A program made the translations under genes and the position numbers. 64,000 nt of DNA from Amphiscolops sp. MND2022 (taxonomy: Eukaryota). Each line of letters opens with the position of its first letter. Position 1 is the first letter of the stretch. The DNA lies in contig OZ076409.1 of assembly GCA_964187785.1 (NCBI GenBank), forward strand, positions 64,606,001-64,670,000, written 5' to 3'. Under the pieces are notes generated by a model, which saw only the letters and a program-made list of their open reading frames with translations, was not told the origin of the DNA and made no database searches. This document shows, piece by piece, positions 50,618 through 61,498 of this stretch.

Positions 50618-52620
50618 TAACGTAGGTGAATGCGCGTTGTCGAACACAACCAACCAGAAAAACACGCTTTACTACAGGCAACAATCACTCTCTGTACGAC
50701 ATGTCGGAACAAATTCGGCTGAAGTACAGGAAAAGAAAGTACTTTCGAGAATGCTTCAATTTTTACATAAAAAGCACGACAGATATTTATGTAGAAGTGT
50801 TGAGAAGCAGAATCAATCGGCAAAACAACATTCCGCTCAGCAGTGGAATCACAACATCAAAATGAGGAAAAAATAGTGAGTTATCACTGAAAACACGAGC
50901 AAATAAACCAAAATTATGCCACCCAGAGAAACAAAGTAAAGAGTATGACGAGTAACCTCACACTTCGTTATGCAAAAAGAATCTCAAAACGCGTGAAGAC
51001 CGAACAAGAATTATTCGGAACTAGGTTAACCAAAAGGGACGTAGTCAACGGATGATATAGCATCCTTGAAACAAGCTCAAGCGACTTTTGCAAAGCAAAA
51101 TAAAACAAACCTTTTCCAAATTTTTCAACTCTTTCTTCACAAATGAGACTCCTGATAACTGGAATGTTATTAAACAGTATGTAACCGAAACATGAGATGT
51201 CCTAGCCTTCACAACAAAACTTGTTTTGAATCTAGTAACAGCGCTGTTCTACTTATACCCACGGGGTCTTACTAAACACGGAATTAAACAATGTCACTGT
51301 GTTCCATATTTCAGACTTCATGGGTCCTATGTGAAACGCCTAGTTAATGGGATTGTCCAACCGTTTCTGCTAGCTGGAAAAAAAGAGCAAGAAGAGCCAA
51401 TAAAACACCTCATCCTAAATAGCCGAACATCAATAGAGAGCATGATAATGGAGAAAATCAATTTAATACGCTTGTTTGAGTTTCTGTCATGAAACAAAAT
51501 TTTTTCACAGAGGCAATACAACTTCATGTTGGGCAGTTGAACAATCTAACAATTATTTCGAACCATGGATGATTGAATAGAAGTGCTATAGACAAAGACA
51601 TTGAATTCGAAAACGTATACATTGATTTCTAGAAGGCCTTCGACACCGTATCACATCAGAGGCGACTTGGAATCCTAGCCAAACACGGCATCGACGGAAT
51701 TGGTCTCAGTTGTATACGAGATTTCCTAAGAGACAGAGAACAGCGTGTTGTAATCACAAAAGGTACTCGAAGTGAGCAACAATCAAAATTGGACTTCAGC
51801 AGGGTTCAGACATAGGACCCGTTTTCTTAATTTGTTTTCATATGAACAGAACTCAAGGCTGTCTGTTGAAACTCAACCGGCTGAAATATCATCAGGCAAA
51901 GTTAACCAGAAAGTGTAAGCGACCGATGAGAAGTTACTCAACAGACGTTGATAAAACCCTGACACATGTATAAAAGAAGAAAGACCTTGGAGTTATCATT
52001 GATTCACGACAACCTTAAAACGAGTATATTGCAACAGAACCAAAATTGCTAACAATTTAGATGCAATAATCCAGGAAGGTGTTTTGAACATCACTAAACA
52101 CACCAGGGGAGCTCTTTCAAAGACTTAGTCAGACCGCATCTAGAACACGCTAATCAAACTTGTTATCCCCACCACAAAGCACAAAATCCCAATCGAGATA
52201 ATACAACGTCTAGCAACCATACGTATCTCAAGTCTGAGTGACATGAATTCCAAAGATTGACACAAGTTGCGGAATCTTGCAACTCTGGAACACAGGAGAA
52301 GACATAAAAGAACGTTCGAAGTCCTTGAAATTGTCAAGGGATTCTTTGAGCCAGCTGTAACTGAAGATTTTTTGATCGTGAAAGAGAGATATTCTAGATT
52401 AGATCTATGCGAATTGAAAGGTAGAGATTCGAGAAGTGCTCTTCAAAAACATTTCGTTTCCCTAACAGCAGTTATTGATTGGAACCCAAAACTCATTGAT
52501 ACTCTCAACAATAAGAGCATCAATGTCTCAAAGTCCGGACTAGACGAGTATTGGGGAAAATTCAAATACGACGCGGATTTCTGGGAAATTGACATAGCTG
52601 CAGACATGATCGACAGAAGA
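50618..52620 (+). mobile_element. CR1-like LINE, 3' part (degenerate RT)
   Basis: YIDF*KAFDTVSH, FLRDREQRVVI, QG..GP, KDLGVIID, LVRPHLEHA, LEHRRR..FEVLEIVKG. Confidence 0.8.
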
Positions 52621-54790
52621 TGTGAATCTGCTGTAAGTCTACATCTATTTTTTCGTTTCAGATGCCCAGAGAAGAAGCATGTCTTTTCAACCAGAAAATA
52701 ACACATGTGCAGGAAGTAACATGCGTTTGGGTTCTGTTGATGGGTAACAAAAGTGTTCATCCATTGAAATTTTTTAAAACAAAATCATCAACTTTTAAAC
52801 AGGTTTTTGAAGGACTCCAGTCTTCGCAGCAGAAACGCAAGAATCAAAAACAAAGTGATTGATAAGTAGAGAGACGATACGGCATACGTCTTCAACAGAG
52901 TCAAAATTTGAGAGTTTTCATTTCTTTGAAAAATGTTGGGTGGGTCTGAGATTTTTTGTCGCTTATCTGCAGCCCAAGGACTTCTATTCCATTTATTTTA
53001 CGAAGAGGTTCACACATTATAGACAGTGATTATTTTCGGTGGCCGAAGGATTTAAATTTGATCTTGTCAAGGTTAAATATCATCAGATGTACCTCAGCCT
53101 GCATTGTGACTGCAAATCAATAATCAATCGAATCACAGAGGCGCTCAAAAAGCAATGAATGGGGATAATGCAAGCTGTCAGAGATGTCGTTATTCAACAA
53201 AACAGTTAGTGAAAAACTGACGACATTCCCTTGACAAGCTTCTGAAGGTAATTTTCCAGTTCAGAGACGGTTTGTTCAACTTTAGCACATTCGTATTTGT
53301 TAAACAGAAGAAACAGGCAGTATGCTACAGCAGAAACTTATCGTGAACAGCGGAAGAATTTTTTTTCTCAATCATTGATCCAGAGGTCCAAGGTGGAATG
53401 CTGTTTTGAAATAAAAATTAATTTAACTAAAAGCAATTGTTTTCATTGGAGGAGCTGTATTGGGTATCTATGTAAATTAGCAGTTGTGAGGGAGCGAGCC
53501 CTTACTAGTACTGCGGCCCTTCATAAATCAATGTTGGAAAAATGCTTGAGCATGAACGGAGGGATAAATATACCAAAACAACATGTGCTCAAAAATGCTA
53601 TTTGGTTTGTAGTTTTGAGCTAATGCCAACGCGCAAATGGAGCAAGTTCAGAAGAACATTGATGACGAACGAAGGCTGGAATGCTGTGAAACCAGGGCTG
53701 AAAGAATGCCATCACTCTTTTTCAACTTGTTCTCTCAGGCAGACACAACGACAAGGTACTCCGATAGAACAAGTTACCAATCTGAAGTAACCAAAGTGAA
53801 GTAACCAGAATTTTAGAAGCTGGCGCAAAAAAGAACTGTTTGATTACAAGATTGGCTTTATCTACAGATTGAGTTGTATTGCCGATACATTCTAGCTGAG
53901 CAGAAATGACAGAAGAGTTTTCGATTGAGTGAAGACGTTTAGGACGATGCCGGATATTAGTTTCCAGAAAGATGGCTTTGTCGTGTTCTATGGACTTCGA
54001 GATTTCCGTTTCAGTGGAACAGAGTCTGAAAACCGTATCTCGAATAAAAGAGTTCATCATTCTTATCATTCAGTCCAATGAGGAATATGAGTAAAGTATA
54101 ATTAGAGATAATTCATCCTTTTTGTAGATTTCGGGACTAAACTGAGCAAAAGAGCCTTTCTTTTGCCATGAAACCAGTTTATCAAAAAAGATTTAGAGTA
54201 GATAAATACATCATTTAAGAGCTAGTAGAAATGGTTTACGCTAGTGTTCATGGCAGTTTTGTTCTTGTGACTATATTTCTTCGTTCTCAATGAAAGTTTT
54301 CACTTCAGAAAAGAAAACTATTTTCAAAAACAGTTTCGACAATCTCTTTCATTGAGTTCTTGCATTATATTAGTTGCACAAATTTTTAAATCAACTGAAT
54401 TGGTGCAGCATAAAAACGTTTTACTAAGAGAAGCCTTGTTCACAGAGCGTCAGCTATCAAAATATTTAGGACGTGCAGAAGGTAAGGTCGCTCAAGGAAA
54501 TTGACCAGTAGCATAGCAGCGTCGTCGTTGTAGCAGATTATCAATGATGAAAAAATATCAATTGTTTTTTTGATTCAAAATTCAAAACATTAAAAATTTT
54601 TTTCTATCTTATTTTGCACAGGAGAAAAGGAAATGCAATGTAGTATTGTAAAATTCGCATCATCACGTTGACAACTCTGCTTTCCAGCTTCCAGCTTTAA
54701 TATTTCATTTCGTTCAGTTCGTTTTCATTCTTTAGGAGGTTTGTCAAAATATTATTCCCTTCTATTGACTCAAAGGCAATGTCAGTGAAT

Positions 54791-54990
54791 NNNNNNNNNN
54801 NNNNNNNNNNNNNNNNNNNNNNNNNNNNNNNNNNNNNNNNNNNNNNNNNNNNNNNNNNNNNNNNNNNNNNNNNNNNNNNNNNNNNNNNNNNNNNNNNNNN
54901 NNNNNNNNNNNNNNNNNNNNNNNNNNNNNNNNNNNNNNNNNNNNNNNNNNNNNNNNNNNNNNNNNNNNNNNNNNNNNNNNNNNNNNNNNN
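54791..54990. other. Assembly gap (200 N)
   Basis: Run of n. Confidence 1.
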
Positions 54991-56684
54991 TCCAAAGCGA
55001 ATTTTGGAATAATTTAGAACTTTAAAATAGCTCCAATTTATGAACAAAATTTCGTTCAAAGGAAAACGACGTTACAGTCGAAGCATGTCATTACCAGCCC
55101 CGCCAATAAAAGGAAAGCAAGCTGTGAACAGGACATTCGAGTACACTAGAGGCAAGAACATGGAAGATGTGCAAACCCAACTGACCTTTGACAGGTATCG
55201 AAGTATGTACGCATACTACCGTTCTACGTGGTCGGTGCTTGTCACAACCGGATGTAGACAGATCTGTAGATCTGTAGATGATGTCTGTTGCGTAAACATT
55301 TGACTATCAATGCCGATGCTAATTGTGCTTATTTATGATATTTTCCCCTGAACGCGAGCCCCCCATATGGCATATTGTTCATTTTCGCTGGTTCTTCCAC
55401 TTGAATGACAATCTAAGCGCCATATTTTAGCTTACCGTTACACCAAGTCGTATTACCAATTTTAGTTGTATGCTTTTTTTGAAGTTAAGTTAGGAGCAAC
55501 GAAGGAATAAGTTTACTTCAGAAAAATCGGGGAAGTATATCAAATCACGCAAAAAATTTCACTTACTCAGAATCTTCTATAAATTGAAAGTCTATATAAA
55601 CTGTTCTACGAGCTTGATGAAAGCTTCTAGTATCATTATGAGTATCGGAACTTTGCATGGCGAAGTGAATGGACTGCCAGATGGAATAGGGTCTCTGATT
55701 TTCTCAACCCAGTGTTTCAGAATATGTTCACACCTTTTCTGTTTTTCATGCGTCATTTCTTGCTGAGGCTTGCAGTTGAACGCTTTCGTAACCTGAAAAA
55801 AGGACAAGTTAAATACAGTTGAAGTTTTTCAAAGTTCGATAATATTGCAATGTAACGTTGCAACCTTGCTGTCGAACAAGAAGTATTCAGTAGGGATGAT
55901 TTGCAACTCTTCTCTACTGTCTCGTTTCTTAATGGGAACGTAGCGACATACTGTCTGTTGAAACAAAATGAAATTCAAACCCTAAATTTCAAGGTCACAA
56001 CCATCAAATATACTGGAAGTACTTGTTAATAAAGTTCCTTTAAGGTGTTCTTAAATTTCTTAGAAAATCAAGACTATGGCAATTTTTACCTGCCTTTTGT
56101 TGATATCGATCCCAGATTAATTATTTCCTCAAACGAATTGCGAAAGCCTTGCTGTAAAATGCATAGATTCAACTTCATCGATTGCTCCTTATATTTCTCT
56201 AATAATTGTTTGGCTGCGCATTTAAGATCAAGGTAAAATCATGTTTGGATTGTCGATAAACATACATGCCTGTGATCATTACGTGTAATCAATGTTTATG
56301 ATATCTCGGTCACGCAAAGTATGGAAAGCGGCAGCCAATAGCGGTAGAAAGAGGGGCCCTAGAATTGGCGAGGCTCAGATTGTTTAGATTTTCAAACATT
56401 TTGAGGCTGCTTTGGCTCACGTGTTGTTGGAATCGAAGATCGGACGAGGCTCCTCACTTTGTTATTATGCAATCGTCAAAGTTGTACGGGCTATGTGAAA
56501 TACATTATTTGCAGACTTCAAGTAAAAAATTGTGCCGTCAAAAAATTTGTTCAAGATATTGACCACTCAAGAGTTCCCAGAAAGATTACAACGCACTGAC
56601 TAAACATTTTATTCACAACCATTTGACCAAAATTCATATCAAGGGCGTTCTTTTTTGTATTGCTATTTTTACTCCACGCTTTTG

Positions 56685-57371
56685 AAGAAAAATACCCGAC
56701 TTCTACAGTGGGTAGTTTTTTGGCCGCGAATGGTCCATACTTTTTGTTCATTTGTTCAGCTTGAACTACGGATGTCCAGAACACACCGGAAATGTCACAA
56801 ACTTGTCCAAAACAAAATCGACGTCTAGAACCTCGAAAACCTACAAAGGATCCCCCTTTAGCTATCTTGGTATTTTTAACTTCAATTTTTTTGGCACTAT
56901 GAGACTTTTTTGAAAATTTTTCATTATTTCCGAAGGGTCCCCCTTCAATTATTTTGATATTTTGCAACAGAATGGATGTTAATACATCCCTAATGGTTCC
57001 CATTTTATATTTTTCGGCACTATGAGACTGTTTTATGAGACTGTCAACACTTTCAAAATTTTGGAGGTGGAGGTTCGAAAACAAGCGCTTCTATTGCGTC
57101 CCAGCACTCTATATGCGAACTTTGAACGTTATATACGAAATAATTTGCGTTTTACTGAGGAGGAGCCGTAGGATCAAAAAAAGCGCTCGCATTTGTCTGA
57201 GCACGCCATATCCGAACCTCTGGAGCGCTTTCCGAAAACTAAAGGCACCCTTTGGGTGTTTGGAAACTTTTTTGTGAGTTTTTCATAAAAAAGTCCTTAA
57301 CATATATTTTTTAAAATATGCATTTTTTGAGCCTCAGGTATAGCGCCGACTTTTGCCGTTCCCGGCTTGTT
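56685..57371 (-). mobile_element. HINE-like element
   Basis: Ends AGCGCCGACTTTTGCCGTTCCCGGCTTGTT (reverse head); internal GGGTCCCCC and TTTTCGGCACTATGAGAC motifs. Confidence 0.6.
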
Positions 57372-58463
57372 ATTGAAAACGTTGGCAATTTCTATTGTAA
57401 AACATGGATATTGAATGTGTTTCACTTTTGTTGCTATTTGTTTTCCTCCAATATCGAAAGGAGCAAATAGCGTTTCACTTGAAAAAAGAAATAGTGATCA
57501 AAAGTAGCGGTTGTTTGCTCTGTTTTCGAGACATGTGTAAAGTACTTTCTAAAAACAAAAAGGACATTCCAGCACTGTGTATCTAGGACAAAAGTGTTTT
57601 CTGGTGCAAAAATTTTGTTCACAACGTTTTATATATGATAAGGCATGAAATGATATTTGACTAGTTTCCAAACCTGCAGGTAGGAAATGAAGACGCCTTT
57701 TTCGTAAATGGCAGATAGTTCATTTTCGTGCATATAAGTTTTCAGATCTTCATTGACCAGGGCCCACGGGTAAAGGTGAAAGTAATCAATATTTTCATGC
57801 AAACAGTCTTTGAACGCATTGTAGAAGGCTATCGAATGCAGTTCCAACAGGCAATGAATATTATTTTTATAAACTGCATTCACTCAATTGTTTGGGTTTA
57901 TTACCTTAATTCCAAGTTAGTTCACAAATGGTTGAAAAAACAACGGTAAACGAGTGTTTTTCAATGGGAGTTGACAATTAGAATCGGGTTTCTACGAAAA
58001 GGGTTCCTTATAATTTTTTGAAAGCTCCATATGAATGAAAAATTGGTGTTTTTGTTTCAAAATCTTACTATATTCCAATTTTAGCTTGGAAAGAATATAG
58101 TTTCTCAAGATTTTGTTGTATTGAAAAGTGCCAGACTGAGCCCTAAAATGCCCTAAAATGCCCTAAAATTAAGCTAGAGAATGCTGAAAACTTTCCGTTC
58201 TCCGATAATTTTTTATGCAACTGAAGTGTGGTTTGTACAGCAGTTTGCATGTTACAATCATGCCTGCCATGGTAATTGCGTTGCAGGTAATCAGAAAATT
58301 ATATGTGCCTGCATGGAAAATTGCAGGAATGCAGCTTCCACTCCAATAGTCATATTAACAAAAGCCACAAAGCACGCGAAAGGTGAGCAAATAAACTAAT
58401 TTCCTTGGCTCATTCAGGTCTCATGCGATCATTCTTCTGGTCAAGAGCTACATCACGTTCTAG

Positions 58464-58876
58464 TTTTTAGTCGACGCATTTTATCAAAATGAGCCCGACT
58501 ATTACAGTGGCAAGTTTTTTTTTCGTCAGACCACAGAATGTATGCTTAGTGGACACTTTTTACAGAACTACTAAAGTACTGGACCGGCAAGCGGAATCGC
58601 ATCTGAGTTAGTGCAAAGGGTCCCCCCTTTCGTGTACTCAATTTTTAACGTAAGATACAAAACCGAGGACTACAGGGTCCCCCTTTGAATTTTTTTCGGC
58701 ACTGTGACTTTTTTCGAATTTGTTTGTCGCCAAAGGGTCCCCCCTTCAAGTTTTTTGATATTTCGAATCAAACTGAAGTTTCCAAAAGCTCAAAGGGTCC
58801 CCTTTCACAATTTTAAAAACTTTGCGTTTTTTGAGCCTTAGATATAGCACCGACTTTAGACGTTCCCGTCTTGTTT
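58464..58876 (-). mobile_element. HINE-like element, complete
   Basis: TTTTTAGTCGACGC..CCCGACTA tail and CCGACTTTAGACGTTCCCGTCTTGTTT head. Confidence 0.7.
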
Positions 58877-61498
58877 GAAATTTGGACCCACTCACTTTTT
58901 CTTGATTTTAAAATAAAATTGACATGGAAATTCTCCCGAACAATCCGAACATGGCTGTGCGATTTTCTCTATGAACTATTTAAGATTGTGTTAGCATGAT
59001 CTTGTTTCAAGATGTTAAATATCAAAAACGTATCCAAATACATTATTTGGAAAAAGCCTATCCATACAGCTTATTGTTTCGTAGATTTCAGAATGATTTC
59101 GAAATCGAAACAAATCAGGGGCTTCGATGAACCCAGGGGGTCGATTGAACTCGGTCCCAAAATTTCGTGCAAAACTAAGCAAAAAGTTAGGAAAACTCAA
59201 TTTCTATTCAAGTTCAGCCGGAAACGGCCATTCAATACTTCCACAATTTTCATTGGATATTTTTGAAACAAACACATTTGTGAACGAGATAAAATACAAG
59301 AAATTTTACAACCGTTTTTGAGATCTTCGATATTGAAGTTTGCGTTTTGTTGCTTCTTCTGAAATCACTAATGTAGCCCAATCGAAACTAAAAAACGACT
59401 CGGCATTTTTACCAACACAATCAAATTGTTTACACATTGCCGCTTCGCAAGTACTCAACTGAAGCAACCACCGTTATCCGAATTACACGCTAAATTGAAT
59501 TTTTAGACTTGACAATGCATATTCAATTGCCGCCAAAACTAAAATGCATCATCCAAATAACTGGGTTAGAAACTAATACAACATGGAGATTTCCAGCTTC
59601 TGAGATTCTCAGAGGTTCAGAAAATCATGAAAAATGCGTTTGGTAACCTACAAGACAAAACCGTCTAAAGTCGGCAACCGCTAAAGGCTCAAAAACCCAG
59701 ATTAATTTTTCTAAGGGTTGGCCGCGAATATAATTTTGGAGACATCCATAGATATCTCCAGAATTTGTGCACAGAGCAAAAATTTTGGGAAGGGATGCCT
59801 TCAAGCCTCACCTTAAAACTGAAACGTCGAATAAACCGAGAGTAGTGATTATTTTTGTAGGAAACAGTCACTCAGAGCCAAAAACAGCATTTGACTTTTT
59901 AGAGACATTTTGGTGAAATTAAAAAACCTCCGCCAAAAAAACTTGAACCCAAACATCAAATTTGGTCATTTTTTTGTCAATGATCCTAATTCTTCTGCTC
60001 TAACATTTAAGACATCAACTTTTAAGGTAATTTTGTTATAATTTAGATTTCATCAATCTTGGACATGATTTCAGTGCCTATTCGCAGTGGCATGTCTTTG
60101 GTGGTTTTGGTGTTAAGTAGTATCATAGATTCTGTCTTGACGAACTGATTTGCTATGTAGAACAGAAATCCAGGTTTTGAATCCAGGGCCTTTGTGTGTT
60201 CTTCTAACCAGGGGTAAATAGCACCCAAAGGAATATGCAGGGTGTCACAAATGAGCACAGAATTGACGAACCAGGGGGCAATAGACGGCTTGAGACTGTA
60301 CAAGTAGGACACGATCAAATTTATATGCGTTTCAATATTGATCTAAACGGGAAAACAGAAACTTTCATTAGAAATCATAATTTTGAAGACCCGGGTTTAC
60401 CATCCTTTAAAGATCCAGTGGAGATCTTAGTGAGATCTTGGCAAGATCTTGCTAAGATTTTGCAATAATCTTGATTAAGAGCCTTCTAAGATCTTGTCAT
60501 TGTACGCATCTGGTCATGTCGACTATCTACAGAATTTACATAATACTGCAGATATATCCCATATTCGTATCTTAGGTTCCTGAACTTGATTTGATCGACT
60601 TATTGATACCGTGCCAATAGTAGTGAATCCCGTAAATGGAAATTCGCTTTTTTTCTTGGTGGTTACCAGTGAAATTCTAAATTTTTATACCCATTCATTT
60701 TAAAGACTACTTGACTAGTTTACTAAAGATAAGGGTTTTATTTGAAAAAAAAACAAAACCATAATTTTAGCCGAATCGATTTTAGGATACCTATGTGTGG
60801 ATTCCTCCTAGAATCGACTTCTCGGAGAAAATAATCAACAGAGAATTCTAAAATGACATCGTTATTTCAAAAACAGAATCTGCAGACATATCGGTTCCAA
60901 ATAATCAACAATATTATCTACAACACGTGATACCGATCATATTCAGATGTTCAAAATTTTCAGGACCTATCATATCATAATACCTATAATCTGTAAGTGT
61001 CGCCTACCTTTTTCTGATATAAATTATGGAACGAAAAATTACGGAAATCAGAAAACTAGCCTTTAGCAGTCTTGCGTAAAACTGCAGAAACGTTTCTTGA
61101 GGCAAATAAGGTTGTAGCAAATATTTTTGGAGGTTATTATCAGTGTCATTGATCCAGTGGGTCAAGAGAACATGTATCTTCCTCGGGGTGTACATGAACA
61201 CTCCTTGTTCTGACTGGCTGCTGTCCAGTGCAACCGTGAGGAAGTGTTCCATGATTCTCTTGGCCTCCGAGTTGGGCACATAACTAAGGTGCGAACCACG
61301 ACATCATCTAACAAAGTTTACTTGAAACTTCATGCCACAACCCCACAGTTGTGCTGGTACTGTTGGGCAACTGTGAAGGAGAATGAAGAATCTAGCCCTA
61401 GAGAGAAACCAAGCTGTTTAAGATCCTGAAAACTGTCGAACTTTCGACCCCTCCCCCCGCCAATTTTCTCTGAATTGTTTCAATTAAAAGTTAAAAGT

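Larger units (their letters stand above)
53722..61425 (-). pseudogene. Scattered exon-like segments of an unidentified, probably decayed multi-exon gene
   Basis: Minus-strand open stretches, several with plausible splice ends (53722-54069, 55567-55792, 55866-55953, 56090-56235, 57674-57883, 60043-60318, 61004-61279), with some in-frame stops and no recognisable motif. Confidence 0.3.

Noticed and set aside
54697..55059. ORFs containing X runs
   Set aside because: Artefacts of the N gap.
56551..57084. 177-aa minus-strand ORF
   Set aside because: It lies inside a HINE-like repeat; a chance open frame with no motif.
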